Shown: positions 1-11,483, counted from the first letter of the stretch. The stretch: 64,000 nucleotides of DNA from an uncultured Candidatus Rokubacteria bacterium (GCA_963754315.1 CAVWFS010000019.1:64001-128000), one strand, 5' to 3'. The notes: generated by a model from the sequence alone, not told the origin. Numbers and translations: made by a program.

Positions 1-137
1 TTCTGCTGGATCAGATGCTCGAGAGTGCGAACGCGGGCGTTGACCTCGACACTGATCTCGTCGCCGACCTCGATGCACACCGCCCGGTCTCCAGCGGGGA
101 AGAACGCAGGACGAGCTGAGTCGACCCGCACGCTCAC
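1..137 (-). CDS. pxpB: 5-oxoprolinase subunit B (PxpB/KipI), N-terminus only, runs off window
   Basis: Manual translation VSVRVDSARPAFFPAGDRAVCIEVGDEISVEVNARVRTLEHL matches the PxpB N-terminus; GTG overlaps the upstream gene's TGA. Confidence 0.75.
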   Translation of the reverse strand, partial: MSVRVDSARPAFFPAGDRAVCIEVGDEISVEVNARVRTLEHLIQQ

Positions 138-922
138 AACGCGGCCAGGGTCGCGTTCGGCAAGTCGGTGATGAACATGTGCCCCGGGCTGTGGGTGATC
201 ATGAGGGGCGGCTTCGAGGCCAGAGCGACGGCTTGGGGTGTAACTCCACACGCCCAGAACACCGGAATGTCCCCGGGGTTGAAGGGCTGCGGATCTCCCC
301 AGTCTGGACGGCCGATATCGCTGATGCCAAGAGCCGCTGGATCGCCCACGTGGATTGGCGCGCCATGGGCGTTGGGAAACCGCGCGCTGGCTGTCACTGC
401 CTTGGCCAGCTGCGCTGCCGGGATCGGACGCATCGAGACGACCATGGGGCCATGGAAGACCCCAGCCGACCGACACTCGATGGACGTGCGCCACATGGCC
501 ACATTCCTTCCGTGCTCCACGTGCCACAGACGGATCCCCGCCTCGAGGAGAGCCCACTCGAACGTGAAGGAACATCCGAGCAGGAAGGCCACCAGATCGT
601 CGCGCCAGCACGCGGTGACGTCGGTCACCTCATCGGCGAGGACGCCGTCCTTATAAATGCGGTAGCGCGGGATGTCGGTCCGCAGATCGGCCCCTGGGGC
701 CACTCCAACCGGCTCCGGTGAGCCCACGTCCGTCACCTCGATGAGAGGGCAAGGCCGGGGGTTGCGCTGGCAGAAGAGCAAGAAGTCGTAGGCGTGGTCT
801 CTGGGAAGGACGGCCAGATTGGCTTGTACGAAGCCTTGGCCGAGGCCCGCGGTGACCCCCACTAGCTTCTTGCTGCGGATATCCCGACGTATCTCCCGGG
901 GATGTCGCGTGTCGATCGGCAT
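134..922 (-). CDS. Putative hydro-lyase (DUF1445/YcsI, D-glutamate cyclase family)
   Basis: Motifs QANL, FLLFCQRNPRPCPL, GCSFTFE, FWACGVTPQ, ITHSPGHMF; ATG at 922 with GGAGGT RBS; the ORF extension to 1018 is repeat-derived. Confidence 0.9.
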   Translation of the reverse strand: MPIDTRHPREIRRDIRSKKLVGVTAGLGQGFVQANLAVLPRDHAYDFLLFCQRNPRPCPLIEVTDVGSPEPVGVAPGADLRTDIPRYRIYKDGVLADEVTDVTACWRDDLVAFLLGCSFTFEWALLEAGIRLWHVEHGRNVAMWRTSIECRSAGVFHGPMVVSMRPIPAAQLAKAVTASARFPNAHGAPIHVGDPAALGISDIGRPDWGDPQPFNPGDIPVFWACGVTPQAVALASKPPLMITHSPGHMFITDLPNATLAAL

Positions 923-938
923 CGTGACCTCCGTTATT

Positions 939-1311
939 ATGGGGGGCCTCGACAGGGCCCCCCAGGCCCCCCGGCGCTCGTCACGCCCCGGGTAACCCGG
1001 GGCCCTCCTCGGTCTCACGCTCGCCCCCGCGGCCTCGAACGGGCCCCCCAGGCCCCCCGGCGCTCGTCACGCCCCGGGTAACCCGGGGCCCTCCTCGGTC
1101 TCACGCTCGCCCCCGCGGCCTCGACAGGGCCCCCCAGGCCCCCCGCGCTCGTCACGCCCCGGGTAACCCGGGGCCCTCCTCGGTCTCACGCTCGCCCCCG
1201 GGCCTCGAAGGGCCCCCCAGGCCCCCCGCGCTCGTCACGCCCCGGGTCACCCGGGGCGCTCCTCGGTCTCACGCTCGCCCCCGCGGCCTCGACAGGGCCC
1301 CCCAGGCCCCC
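939..1311. repeat. Tandem array of 84-86 bp GC-rich palindromic units (4 full + 1 partial)
   Basis: Units start GGCCTCGA at 945, 1031, 1117, 1201, 1285; each full unit has the hairpin CCCCGGGT(A/C)ACCCGGGG; no spacers. Confidence 0.95.
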
Positions 1312-1348
1312 GCGGCGCATTCTTGCATACCTCCGGAACCGGCGGGGG

Positions 1349-2353
1349 TCACCGGGTAGCCGGGCGCAGGTGGCCGAGACGCGGTAGCAGGTCCTTGTTG
1401 GCTAGCACATGGGGCAACTCACCACGCAACACACGCAGCATCTCCCCGGCGACTTGCATGGCCATGGCCCGATTGGACTCCGCGGTGACGCCGGCGAGGT
1501 GGGAGCTGACGATGACATTCTCGAGATTGAAGAGCGGATTGTCGACCGAGCTCGGCTCGTCCTCGAAGACATCGAGGCCCGCCGCTGCCAGCTGTCCCCG
1601 GGTGAGCGCTTCGAACAAGGCACGCTCGTCCTGCACCGGCCCTCGCGACGTGTTGACGAAGATCGCGCCCTTCTTCATGAGACCCAGAGTCCGCGGATTG
1701 ATCATGGCGCGGGTCTCGGGAGTGAGTGGCGCGTGGCACGTCAGCACGTCAACCCGGGGAAGGAGCGCTTCCAGGCTCGTCACCGGCTCCGCACCGCGCC
1801 GCCGCACCTCCTCATCCACCAAATAGGGATCGTATCCCAACACGCGCATGCCGAACGCCGCCGCGAGCCTGGCCGTGATGCGCCCGATGTTCCCGACCCC
1901 GATGATCCCGAGCGTCTTGCCTTTCAGCTCGACGAGCGCGTGGAACCGTTCTGGCCCCCACTCGCCGGCGCGCGTCATCCGATCCACGCGTCGCGCCTGC
2001 TTGGCACAGCTCAGGATGAGCATCATGGCGTGCTCGGCGACAGACTGCGAGTTGGCGCCGGGCGCGTGGACGACGGCGATCCCCTGGCGGGTTGCCGCTG
2101 GCATGTCGACGGTGTCCAGGCCCGCGCCGTGGCGGCCGACCACCCTGAGCTTTGGACAGGCGGCCATCAGACTCTCGGTGCACGCGGGCTGGAGGAGGAA
2201 CAGGATCCCCTGCGCCTCGGCCGCGGCACTGACCATTGCCCCCTCGCTATTACCCTGGCAGATGACGACCCGCGCCTCACTCTCGAGCAGGGCGTGACCA
2301 TCCTGGTGAATTGGCTCGCTCACGACTACGAGTGGGCGCGGATCTGCGCTCAT
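1349..2353 (-). CDS. D-isomer-specific 2-hydroxyacid dehydrogenase (SerA-like, no ACT domain)
   Basis: GIIGVGNIG, VNTSRG, AGLDVFEDEP, SHLAG motifs. Confidence 0.9.
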   Translation of the reverse strand: MSADPRPLVVVSEPIHQDGHALLESEARVVICQGNSEGAMVSAAAEAQGILFLLQPACTESLMAACPKLRVVGRHGAGLDTVDMPAATRQGIAVVHAPGANSQSVAEHAMMLILSCAKQARRVDRMTRAGEWGPERFHALVELKGKTLGIIGVGNIGRITARLAAAFGMRVLGYDPYLVDEEVRRRGAEPVTSLEALLPRVDVLTCHAPLTPETRAMINPRTLGLMKKGAIFVNTSRGPVQDERALFEALTRGQLAAAGLDVFEDEPSSVDNPLFNLENVIVSSHLAGVTAESNRAMAMQVAGEMLRVLRGELPHVLANKDLLPRLGHLRPATR

Positions 2354-2376
2354 GCAAGGGTCTCCTTCCGAGGAGC

Positions 2377-3630
2377 CTACTCGACCCGGATGGTGGCGAA
2401 CACCGACATACCCGTCCGGAGGGGCTGGGGATTCCCTGCCGCCCCATCTTCGAGGAGGATCTTGACGGGAATGCGTTGGACGACCTTCACCCAGTTGCCG
2501 GTGGCGTTCTCGGGGGGGAGCAACGAGAAGCGAGCCCCGGTCCCGGCGCTGATCGAGTGCACGGTGCCTCTGAACGCCCGACCGGGGTAACTGTCGATGG
2601 TGATCTCAGCCTTCTGGCCTGGCCGTACCCGGCCAAGCTGCGTTTCCTTGAAGTTGGCGACGACCCACACGTCATGCAGCGGGACGATAGCGAGCAAGGG
2701 CTGTCCCATCTGCACGACCTGGCCAAGCTCAGTCGTCCGCTTGGACACGATTCCATCGAGGGGAGCCCGAACCTCCGTGTACTGAAGTTGGAGGTCCGCA
2801 TGGGCGAGGTCGGCCTGCGCCTCCTTGAGCCGGGCCTCCGCCCGGCTCACCTCTGCTCCCTTGATATCGATGGTGTGCCGTCCGCTTTCTGAACGAGCAA
2901 GCGTCGCCCGGGCCTCCGCGACGCGCTGGTGGGCCTGGTCGACGGCGAGCCGTTTCGTCTTGAGCTCAGCCTCGGTCTGCTCAACTTCACGCTCCGTCTG
3001 CACGAGGCGTCTGCGCGTTGCGTCGAGGGTGGCCATGGCCGTCTCCATGGTGGAGTCAGCGGTATCGAAGTCGCGTTGCGCCACAAAGCCGCCCTTCACC
3101 AAGCGGTCCATGCGTTCGCGCTCCCGTCCCGCGTTGCGAGCGGAGCTCTCTACCCCGACAACCTCCGCTCGCATCGCGTCGGTGGCCGCTCGCTTGGCCT
3201 CCAGTCTGGCCCGGGCCTCCTCCACTGCCGCCTCCGCCGACCGGACGGCGACCTGCGCCGCTTCCAGGGCCGCTCGAGCCTGATCGATCTGGGCACTCGT
3301 GTCATCGCGGGCCAACGGCACTTCCGATCGGGCCGACCGGACCCCCGCCTCGGCGGTGGCGACGGCCGAGGCGGCCTGATGGCGACGTGCTTGATAGTCG
3401 CGCGGGTCGATGCGCAGCAACAGGTCGCCCTTCTTCACAGGCTGGTTGTCTTGGACGAGCAGCTCGGCTACGTGGCCGGGCACCTTGGCGCTGATGGAGG
3501 TGATGGAACCCTCCACGTAGGCGTCGTCGGTCGAGACGTAGACACGAGACTCGTACCAGCGGTAGCCGCCATAGGCAAGTACGACCACTCCCACCAGCAC
3601 CCCGACCGCCCAGAGGACGCGGCGCATCAC
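2377..3630 (-). CDS. HlyD/EmrA family membrane fusion protein
   Basis: N-terminal TM, STDDAYVEG, long coiled coil, ANFKETQL, FSLLPPENATGNWVKVVQRIPV. Confidence 0.93.
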   Translation of the reverse strand: MMRRVLWAVGVLVGVVVLAYGGYRWYESRVYVSTDDAYVEGSITSISAKVPGHVAELLVQDNQPVKKGDLLLRIDPRDYQARRHQAASAVATAEAGVRSARSEVPLARDDTSAQIDQARAALEAAQVAVRSAEAAVEEARARLEAKRAATDAMRAEVVGVESSARNAGRERERMDRLVKGGFVAQRDFDTADSTMETAMATLDATRRRLVQTEREVEQTEAELKTKRLAVDQAHQRVAEARATLARSESGRHTIDIKGAEVSRAEARLKEAQADLAHADLQLQYTEVRAPLDGIVSKRTTELGQVVQMGQPLLAIVPLHDVWVVANFKETQLGRVRPGQKAEITIDSYPGRAFRGTVHSISAGTGARFSLLPPENATGNWVKVVQRIPVKILLEDGAAGNPQPLRTGMSVFATIRVE

Positions 3631-3659
3631 TCAGTCCCCAAGTCCAATCGCCTCATCGG

Positions 3660-3752
3660 CTATGCGTAGAGCCTGAAGACGCCGTACACGATTACGACTA
3701 TCACCAGCGCCGCACAGACCACCGTGAGGGTCGCTTGCTGGGCGACGCTCAC
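3660..3752 (-). CDS. Possible 30-aa single-TM small protein
   Basis: VSVAQQATLTVVCAALVIVVIVYGVFRLYA; GTG overlaps the stop of an upstream small ORF (GTGA). Confidence 0.4.
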   Translation of the reverse strand: MSVAQQATLTVVCAALVIVVIVYGVFRLYA

Positions 3753-4031
3753 GGTAGCGATCTCGCCTGCTCGACCACGGGCACCCCACGGCGAACCCTC
3801 TGGGAGAGCAGGGCCGCACCCAGACAGGTCAACCCGATAACATCAGGCGGCGGCGAGCGGCGCCAGGATCCTTCCACGGAGCATCGTCTGTGATCCTCCC
3901 GATCGGGTGGTGCGAGATGGAGGAGGCAGGACCTCCTCAGGGTGCCTCCGTAATACCGGGGGCCCGGGAGGAAGTCAAGAAGTCGAAAGGTTTTTCTGGA
4001 AGGATTGTGGTATAAGGATCGCCAATTTCCT

Positions 4032-4790
4032 ATGCGACGGCCCCTCTCGCTTCCGGTTCTCTTGCTTGGGCTGAGCCTGCTCTTGGTGGCAGGGTGCTCG
4101 TGGTTACGACCGACTCCCACGGCCATCTTGCCAGCGGACGAGCTTTACAAGCTCGGCGAGGAGAATCTCGACAAGCGCCTGTACGAGGAGGCGCGCGGGA
4201 ACTTCAGGAAGATCACCGAGCGCTATCCAGACTCGGCCTTCGCGCCCCGCGCCCGCTTCCTGTTGGGCGAGGCGTACTACCGCGAAGCGGAGTTCAACAA
4301 GGCCATCAAAGAGTTCGAAGTGTTCATGTCGTTCTACCCCCGGCACCAGATCGCAGATCTCGTTCAGTATCGGCTCGCCATGGGGTACTACGATCAAATG
4401 AAACCGGTGGAGCAGGATCAATCCATCACCACCAAGGCGCTCGACCAGTTCAAGAAGCTCGTCAAGGACTATCCGGAGAGTCGATACGCGACCGACGCCC
4501 TGGCCAAGATCGACATGTGTCGCGGACGGCTCGCCCAGAAAGAGCTGTGGGTGGCTAACTGGTACTTCACCCAGGGGAATCCGAGTGCTGCCCGTCAGCG
4601 TCTGGAGCTGATTCTCAAGGAATACCAGCGCACCTTGGTCGTCCCCGAAACCCTGTGGCTCCTGGCCGAGGTCAACGCGCGGGAGGGCAAGTCGCGCGAG
4701 GCCATTGAGCTTCTCCAGCGACTCTCGGCAGATTTCCCCCACACTGACTACGGCCGCCGCGCCGCTCAGCGACTGCGCGCACAGAGGTAG
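4032..4790 (+). CDS. bamD: Outer membrane protein assembly lipoprotein BamD
   Basis: Lipobox VAGC, TPR repeats, [32 protein letters not shown]. Confidence 0.9.
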   Translation: MRRPLSLPVLLLGLSLLLVAGCSWLRPTPTAILPADELYKLGEENLDKRLYEEARGNFRKITERYPDSAFAPRARFLLGEAYYREAEFNKAIKEFEVFMSFYPRHQIADLVQYRLAMGYYDQMKPVEQDQSITTKALDQFKKLVKDYPESRYATDALAKIDMCRGRLAQKELWVANWYFTQGNPSAARQRLELILKEYQRTLVVPETLWLLAEVNAREGKSREAIELLQRLSADFPHTDYGRRAAQRLRAQR

Positions 4791-4803
4791 GCCAGGGCAC
4801 CCC

Positions 4804-5850
4804 ATGCACGACCTCACCGATCTCCGCTCCGATACCCTCACCACTCCAACCCCGGAGATGCGCGAGGCCATGGCCCGCGCCGAGGTCGGGGATGACGTGT
4901 GGGGGGAGGATCCGACCGTGGCCCGACTGGAGGCGGTCGCTGCGGAGCGGCTGGGCAAGGAAGCGGGCCTGTTCGTGACGTCCGGGACCCAGGGTAACCT
5001 CGTCTGCCTGCTCGCTCACACCGAGCGCGGGCAGGAGGTCATCCTCGACGTCGATTCTCACATCTACAACTACGAAGTTGCCGGGGCTTCCCTCATCGGC
5101 GGCCTGCAAATGCGACCGGTCAAGACCGCGCGTGGCTTCGTCGACCCAGCCCAGGTCCGAGAGGCACTACGTCCGGCCAACATCCATCTTCCTGTGAGTG
5201 CGCTCGTCTGCCTCGAGAACACGCACAACCGGCACGGTGGAACGTGTTGTACGCCTGAGGAGATCCGTACGGTGGCTTGCGCGGCGCACGAGGCCGGCCT
5301 GCGCGTGCACTTGGACGGCGCGCGACTGTTCAACGCCGCCGTCGCCTTACACCGCCCGGCTCGGGAATTTGCGCACGAGGTCGATTCGGTGACGTTCTGC
5401 GTCTCCAAGGGCTTGGCGGCGCCCGTGGGATCCGTCGTGTGCGGGAGTGGGGACTTCATCGCCCGAGCCCGCCGATGGCGGAAAATGCTGGGCGGGGGAA
5501 TGCGTCAGGCGGGTGTCATCGCGGCCGCCGGCCTCGTGGCTCTCGAGCAGATGGTCGACCGTCTGGGGGAGGATCACGCTCACGCCAGGCTACTGGCGGA
5601 AGGGCTGGCTCGCTTACCGGGCATCCGGATCGATCTGGGTACCGTGCAGACCAACATCGTGATCGCAGGCATCGATGGTCCTGGCGCCCAGGCACGCACG
5701 GCGGCTCTGGTGCAGGGGTGCGCCGAGCGCAAGGTGAAGGTGCATGCGATGGGCCCGACGAGCATCCGCTGCGTGACCCACAAGGACGTCGATGCTGACG
5801 ACATCGCGCGCGCAATCGCAGCGTTCCGCGAGATCACAAGCGCCTGGTAA
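4804..5850 (+). CDS. ltaE: Low-specificity L-threonine aldolase
   Basis: [54 protein letters not shown]. Confidence 0.93.
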   Translation: MHDLTDLRSDTLTTPTPEMREAMARAEVGDDVWGEDPTVARLEAVAAERLGKEAGLFVTSGTQGNLVCLLAHTERGQEVILDVDSHIYNYEVAGASLIGGLQMRPVKTARGFVDPAQVREALRPANIHLPVSALVCLENTHNRHGGTCCTPEEIRTVACAAHEAGLRVHLDGARLFNAAVALHRPAREFAHEVDSVTFCVSKGLAAPVGSVVCGSGDFIARARRWRKMLGGGMRQAGVIAAAGLVALEQMVDRLGEDHAHARLLAEGLARLPGIRIDLGTVQTNIVIAGIDGPGAQARTAALVQGCAERKVKVHAMGPTSIRCVTHKDVDADDIARAIAAFREITSAW

Positions 5851-5890
5851 CGACGCCCACGAGACTGGTGCCGAGAAGGTCGTAACGTGA

Positions 5891-6016
5891 ACTGGGGATC
5901 TGGGGCTCGTAAGCCCCAGTGTGAAAAACCGGAGGGGTCTGAAGGGGGCGTGACGCCCCCATCAGAACAAACGACGAGACACGGGTGAGGGCGTCGTGCC
6001 CCGCTTCGGTGTCTCG
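5891..6016. repeat. Multi-hairpin intergenic element (REP-like or terminator)
   Basis: Stems CTGGGGCT/AGCCCCAG, TCTGA-GGGGGCG/CGCCCCC-TCAGA and CGAGACAC/GTGTCTCG. Confidence 0.5.
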
Positions 6017-6040
6017 CCCCTCCAGTAATATGGAGGCGGC

Positions 6041-7018
6041 ATGGCCGAACGGCTCCTCGAAGTGAAGCGATTGAAGACGCACTTCTTTACTGACGAAGGC
6101 GTGGTGCGCGCCGTCGATGGCGTGGACTTCCACATCGACAAGGGCGAGACCCTCGGCATCGTGGGCGAGTCCGGCTGCGGCAAGAGCGTGACGGCGCTCT
6201 CGATCATGCGGCTCATTCCCCAGCCCCCGGGTCGGATCGTCGAGGGCGAGATTCTCTACAACGGCCGGAACCTACTCGACCTCACCCCCGCTCAGATTCG
6301 GAAGATCCGCGGCAAGGAAATCTCGATGATCTTCCAGGAACCCATGACCTCCCTCAATCCCGTCTTCACGTGTGGGGAGCAGATCGCGGAGGCCATTCGG
6401 CTCCATGAAGGCCTGGGGCGGCGGGACGCCATGGACAAGACCGTGGAGATGCTGCGGCTCGTGCACATCCCCAATGCGGAACGGCGCGTGAAGGAATACC
6501 CGCATCAGCTCTCGGGAGGCATGCGGCAGCGCATCATGATCGCTATGGCGCTGTCCTGCAATCCCAAGCTGCTGATCGCGGACGAACCCACCACGGCCCT
6601 CGACGTCACCATCCAGGCGCAGATCCTCGAGCTCCTGAACGAGCTGAAGGCCAAGCTCAACATGGCCGTCATGCTCATCACACACGACATGGGCGTCATC
6701 GCCGAGACCGCGCAGAGGGTGGTGGTGATGTACGCGGCCAAGGTGGCGGAGGAGGCCGAGGTGGGCGAGCTGTTCAAGGAGCCGCTTCACCCCTACACGC
6801 AGGGCCTTCTGCGCTCCATCCCCCGCATCGACCTCGCGGCCACCCAGCGTGTGCGGTTGCAGACTATTCCAGGCGTCGTGCCTACGTTGCGGGGCGAGGA
6901 AAAGCCGGGTTGCCGCTTCGCTCCACGCTGCTCGTTTGCCAAACCTATGCACTTCGAGAACACCCCGCCGCTGAAGGAAGTCCGGCCTGGTCACAAGGTC
7001 GCCTGCTTCCTGTATTGA
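6041..7018 (+). CDS. Oligopeptide/dipeptide ABC transporter ATP-binding protein (OppD/DppD)
   Basis: [33 protein letters not shown]. Confidence 0.95.
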   Translation: MAERLLEVKRLKTHFFTDEGVVRAVDGVDFHIDKGETLGIVGESGCGKSVTALSIMRLIPQPPGRIVEGEILYNGRNLLDLTPAQIRKIRGKEISMIFQEPMTSLNPVFTCGEQIAEAIRLHEGLGRRDAMDKTVEMLRLVHIPNAERRVKEYPHQLSGGMRQRIMIAMALSCNPKLLIADEPTTALDVTIQAQILELLNELKAKLNMAVMLITHDMGVIAETAQRVVVMYAAKVAEEAEVGELFKEPLHPYTQGLLRSIPRIDLAATQRVRLQTIPGVVPTLRGEEKPGCRFAPRCSFAKPMHFENTPPLKEVRPGHKVACFLY

Positions 7019-7025
7019 GGGTGCC

Positions 7026-8012
7026 ATGGCAGATCCACTTCTGAGAGTACGCAACCTGAAGAAGTACTTTCCGATCCGCGGAGGCCTGCTCTCCAAGGAG
7101 GTCGCGCGCGTCCACGCCGTCGATGACGTGTCCTTCGATCTGATGCCCGGGGAGACGCTGGGCCTGGTGGGCGAGTCCGGCTGCGGTAAGTCGACCACCG
7201 GACGGTCGATCCTCCGGCTCATTGAGCCGACGTCGGGTGAGGTCTGGTTCGAGGACAAGAACGTCACCACGCTCGACAAGCGGGCCCTGCGGGCACTCCG
7301 CAAGGAGATGCAGATCATCTTCCAGGATCCCTACGCCTCGCTCAACCCGCGCATGACGGTCGGGTCGATCATCGGAGAGGCTCTGATCATCCACAAGCTG
7401 GCGCCCAGCCGCAAGGCGCGTGAGGAACGCGTCGTGCAGCTCCTGGAGACGGTCGGGCTCAGCGCCGAGCACCTGCGACGCTATCCTCACGAGTTCTCGG
7501 GCGGTCAGCGGCAGCGCATTGGCATTGCCCGCGCCCTGGCTGTCAATCCCAAGCTGATCATTGCCGACGAGCCGGTGTCTGCCCTCGACGTGTCGGTGCA
7601 GGCGCAGGTCATCAACCTTCTCGAGGATCTCCAGGCTCAATTCGGGCTGACCTACCTGTTCATCGCCCACGATCTGTCTGTCGTGGAGCACATCTCGACC
7701 CGCGTGGCCGTGATGTACCTGGGCAAGGTCGTGGAGATCGCGCCGGCCAAGGAGCTCTACACAAACCCGAAGCATCCTTACACCGAGGCTCTCCTGTCGG
7801 CGGTGCCCATTCCGGATCCCGCCATCAAACGAAAGCGGATCCTCCTGGAAGGGGACGTACCGAGTCCGGTCAATCCTCCGTCAGGGTGCCGCTTCCACAC
7901 GCGCTGTGCCCTCCGCGTACCGTCCTGTTCCGAGAACGAGCAGACGCTCAAGGAGGTTTCGCCCGGGCACTGGGTGGCTTGCCAGGTGCGCACCGGCCTC
8001 ACTATCACGTGA
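7026..8012 (+). CDS. Oligopeptide/dipeptide ABC transporter ATP-binding protein (OppF/DppF)
   Basis: [35 protein letters not shown]. Confidence 0.95.
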   Translation: MADPLLRVRNLKKYFPIRGGLLSKEVARVHAVDDVSFDLMPGETLGLVGESGCGKSTTGRSILRLIEPTSGEVWFEDKNVTTLDKRALRALRKEMQIIFQDPYASLNPRMTVGSIIGEALIIHKLAPSRKAREERVVQLLETVGLSAEHLRRYPHEFSGGQRQRIGIARALAVNPKLIIADEPVSALDVSVQAQVINLLEDLQAQFGLTYLFIAHDLSVVEHISTRVAVMYLGKVVEIAPAKELYTNPKHPYTEALLSAVPIPDPAIKRKRILLEGDVPSPVNPPSGCRFHTRCALRVPSCSENEQTLKEVSPGHWVACQVRTGLTIT

Positions 8013-9235
8013 CCCTGAGCGCGAGGGCGCGGCGGTTCGCCCTCGCCGTCCTCGTCCTGTTCGGCATCGGGGGTGGCCTGATCGTGGCCGAATTCGGGGC
8101 GCGCGCGTACGAATCCACGCGGCGCCCCCGCAAGGACTCGCTCGGCGTCGACGACCCCGTCCGTCACCATCGGTGGAAGCCCAACGCGCGGGGGCGCGTC
8201 CGGGGCGTCGAGTATGAGACCAATTCGCTTGGTCTGCGCGATCGTGAGTATGCAGCGCCGAAGCCGGCGGGAGTGTTTCGCATCCTGATGCTGGGAGATT
8301 CCTTCACCGAAGGGTGGACGGTGCCCTTGGTGGGCGTGGTGGCGAAACGCCTGGAACAGTCGCTGGCCATCCGCTGCCCGAGTCAGTACGAGGTCATCAA
8401 CGGGGGCAATGCCTCCTACTCACCGATTCTCGAGTACCTCTTGTTGAAGGACATCGGGCCCCGTCTTCGCCCCGATCTGGTGCTCCTGAGCTTCGATATG
8501 ACCGACGTGCACGACGATTTCATCCGAACGCGCCTCGCGACCTTCGATGCCAAAGGTCTTCCTATCGCGGTCCCCGCCGACCGGCGGCGAGAGACCGCTC
8601 TGCTCATTCCACCCCTAGGGCCCTCGGCCATCGCCCGCGCCTTCGACCCCGTCAACCAAATGCTGAGGTCCTCCCTGCTGTATCAGGCGTTCCGGAAAGC
8701 CCGACCGGGCCGTTGGTTGCTCGGGCCAACCCGGCTCTCGCCCGAGCGCTTGGAGGCCCTCGGCCTCGTGGGAAACGTCCGTTACGACGTCCTGGCTATC
8801 ACCCGGGACGGGGACTACCCAGAGCAGGAGGCTGCCTGGTCAGACACCGAGCGCTATGTTCTCGGCATACGCGATCTGGCGCGCTCGAACGGAGCCGCCT
8901 TCGTGTTGGCCGTCTATCCTTACGCGCATCAAATCAGCGCCACGGCCTCGGCCGAGGGACGCCGCAAGTTCGGCATCGGGCCTGGTCTCTACGCCTCAGA
9001 AAGGCCCTTCCGGATCCTCGAGGACTTGGGGCAACGCGCAGGGTTTCCCGTCCTGAATCTCCGCTCGTTCATCCGGGACGCCCTTGAGGCTCAGGAGCGC
9101 ACCGTGCCCCAGCTCCCCTTCTACTGGCCCCAGGACATCCACTTCACCGTGCACGGGGCCCGAGCCTTCGCCGAAGGACTCGAGCAGGGCCTGTGGCGCG
9201 AAGGCTTCCTGACCGATTGCGTTCTGTCGAACTAG
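8009..9235 (+). CDS. Membrane-anchored SGNH/GDSL-family hydrolase or acyltransferase
   Basis: N-terminal [24 protein letters not shown] overlaps the preceding stop. Confidence 0.8.
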   Translation: MTLSARARRFALAVLVLFGIGGGLIVAEFGARAYESTRRPRKDSLGVDDPVRHHRWKPNARGRVRGVEYETNSLGLRDREYAAPKPAGVFRILMLGDSFTEGWTVPLVGVVAKRLEQSLAIRCPSQYEVINGGNASYSPILEYLLLKDIGPRLRPDLVLLSFDMTDVHDDFIRTRLATFDAKGLPIAVPADRRRETALLIPPLGPSAIARAFDPVNQMLRSSLLYQAFRKARPGRWLLGPTRLSPERLEALGLVGNVRYDVLAITRDGDYPEQEAAWSDTERYVLGIRDLARSNGAAFVLAVYPYAHQISATASAEGRRKFGIGPGLYASERPFRILEDLGQRAGFPVLNLRSFIRDALEAQERTVPQLPFYWPQDIHFTVHGARAFAEGLEQGLWREGFLTDCVLSN

Positions 9236-9267
9236 GGGCATGGGGGCCCCCCCATGAGGTGAATCGG

Positions 9268-10149
9268 CTAATCCCAGAGGAAGGAGCGCGGATTCACAGC
9301 TTGACCGCTCATGAGAATCTCGTAGTGCAGGTGCGGGCCGGAGGAGCGTCCGGTGGTCCCGGACAGGCCAATCTCCGCGCCGCGGGTGACGTACTGACCG
9401 ACCGACACGCGTGCCTTCGTCAGATGCGCGTACACGGTACGGATGTCCTGTCCGTGATCCAAGATGACGGCCACGCCATACTCGTGATGCGTCCCCGCAA
9501 AGATCACGGTGCCTGCCGCCGGCGCGTGCACCGGTGTGCCGGGTGGAGCCGCGATATCGATGCCCGCGTGGAATTCCGGTGCTCGGGACCACGGAGAAAC
9601 GCGGGCTCCGAATTCCGAGTTCACAGTGCCGCGGATCGGCCAGGTCGAGGGGAGAGCCGCCAGCGCACGCGACGCCCGCGCCACCAGGCGTTTGAGCACT
9701 CGTAGGCTGGCACCCGCCTCCTGGATCTCGGCGCTCAGAGCGTTCAGATCTTCCGACGGGGTGAGGGGCGCAGGGGCACGGACGGCCTCCGCGACGGAGC
9801 CCCCGATACCGCGTCCGCCGCCGGTCGGCTCTGCGGCAGGGCCGAACGCCTCCAGGATGTTCGTGTGCAAGGCTCGCCAGGTTCCGACCTCGCGCCGGAG
9901 CTTCGTGATCTCGGCGGTCACCGACGCGATGAACGCGCCCTGGGCCAGGCTCCGATCGGCCACGGCGACCGTTTCGTGCTCGACACCACGCAGACGAATC
10001 CACTCGCTGGTCAGGAAACCGATACCGAGGCCGCCCACCACGAGCACCAGGCAGGCGAAGACCACGCGCAAGGGCGAGAGGGTCACCCCGATGATCCGGG
10101 TGCCATTCTCGCGAACGAGCTGCACGGTCACGTGGGGTCGGCAGTCCAT
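9268..10149 (-). CDS. M23 family metallopeptidase
   Basis: HAGID, YAHL, GRSSGPHLHYE; N-terminal TM plus coiled coil. Confidence 0.93.
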   Translation of the reverse strand: MDCRPHVTVQLVRENGTRIIGVTLSPLRVVFACLVLVVGGLGIGFLTSEWIRLRGVEHETVAVADRSLAQGAFIASVTAEITKLRREVGTWRALHTNILEAFGPAAEPTGGGRGIGGSVAEAVRAPAPLTPSEDLNALSAEIQEAGASLRVLKRLVARASRALAALPSTWPIRGTVNSEFGARVSPWSRAPEFHAGIDIAAPPGTPVHAPAAGTVIFAGTHHEYGVAVILDHGQDIRTVYAHLTKARVSVGQYVTRGAEIGLSGTTGRSSGPHLHYEILMSGQAVNPRSFLWD

Positions 10150-10250
10150 AGGAAAAGGGGCCGCACTGTCGATCGAGCGTTGACGTGCTGGCCGGGTTTT
10201 ACCCCAGTCAGCAAGCGGCTGTCAACCGAAGTCAGCGCGGGCGCCATTCG

Positions 10251-10280
10251 TTGACTCGTTTCCCAAGGGCGCAGTATCAT
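10251..10280 (+). promoter_or_regulatory. Putative sigma70 promoter for the alaC-like/hom operon
   Basis: TTGACT-N18-TATCAT. Confidence 0.5.
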
Positions 10281-10304
10281 CAGCCGACCGCGGAAAAGGA
10301 CGCC

Positions 10305-11474
10305 ATGGACGAGTTTTACCGGATCAAACGGCTGCCACCCTACGTCTTCGCGATCGTGAACGACCTGAAGGCGAAGGCGCGCGCGCGGGGCGAGGATGTC
10401 ATCGACCTTGGAATGGGCAATCCCGATCTGGGGACGCCCAAACACATCGTTGCCAAGCTGATCGAGGCTGCTCAGAACCCGCGCAACCACCGGTATTCGG
10501 CTTCGCGAGGCATTACCCGGCTGCGCGTGGCCATCACCAAGTGGTACCGGGATCGCTACGGCGTAGAGCTCGATCCCGAGACAGAAGCCATCGCCACCAT
10601 CGGGGCCAAGGAGGGGTTGGCCCATCTGGCCTTGGCCGTACTTCAACCCGGTGACGGCGTTCTCGTGCCCAACCCGACCTACCCGATTCATTCGTACTCC
10701 GTGGTCATCGCCGACGGCGACCTGCGTTCGGTGCCGCTCGCGCCCGGGATCGATTTCTTCGAGAAGCTGGAGGAGACGGCCAAGCTCGCCTGGCCCAAGG
10801 CGCGGCTTCTCATTCTCTCCTTCCCCCACAATCCGACCACGATGTGCATCGACCGTGCCTTCTTCGAGCGGGTGGTGGAGTTCGCGCGCGAACATCGCCT
10901 GATGGTGGTCCACGACTTCGCATACGCCGATCTGGCTTTCGACGGTTATCGCCCCCCATCGTTCCTGGAAGTGCCCGGGGCAAGGGAGGTGGGGGTCGAG
11001 CTCTTCTCGATGACGAAGTCATACAACATGGCGGGCTGGCGGCTCGCCTTCGCCTGCGGCAATCGGCAGATGATCCATGCGCTGGCGCGGATCAAGTCGT
11101 ATCTCGACTACGGCGTGTTCCAGCCGATTCAAATCGCCGGCATCATCGCCCTCGAGGGCAACCAGGCGATCGTCGGCGAAATCAACGAGGTCTACCGGCG
11201 GCGACGCGATGTCCTGGTGGATGGCCTCAACAAGCTCGGCTGGTCGGTGCCCAAGCCCAAGGGCACGATGTTCGTGTGGGCGCCCATCCCGGAGGCGTTG
11301 CGGCCCCTGGGTTCGCTTGAGTTTGCCAAGCTTCTCATCCAGGAGGCCAGGGTCGCCGTGTCGCCTGGCATCGGGTTCGGCGAGTACGGGGAGGGATACG
11401 TGCGCTTCGCCCTGGTCGAAAACGAGCAACGCATCCGCCAGGCGCTCCGCGGCCTCAAGCAGCTCGCCCGCTGA
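10305..11474 (+). CDS. Class I/II PLP aminotransferase (AlaC-like)
   Basis: [45 protein letters not shown]. Confidence 0.88.
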   Translation: MDEFYRIKRLPPYVFAIVNDLKAKARARGEDVIDLGMGNPDLGTPKHIVAKLIEAAQNPRNHRYSASRGITRLRVAITKWYRDRYGVELDPETEAIATIGAKEGLAHLALAVLQPGDGVLVPNPTYPIHSYSVVIADGDLRSVPLAPGIDFFEKLEETAKLAWPKARLLILSFPHNPTTMCIDRAFFERVVEFAREHRLMVVHDFAYADLAFDGYRPPSFLEVPGAREVGVELFSMTKSYNMAGWRLAFACGNRQMIHALARIKSYLDYGVFQPIQIAGIIALEGNQAIVGEINEVYRRRRDVLVDGLNKLGWSVPKPKGTMFVWAPIPEALRPLGSLEFAKLLIQEARVAVSPGIGFGEYGEGYVRFALVENEQRIRQALRGLKQLAR

Positions 11475-11483
11475 GCCGCGCCC

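Noticed and set aside
939..1311. CRISPR array
   Set aside because: Units are about 85 bp and contiguous with no unique spacers; no cas genes in the window.
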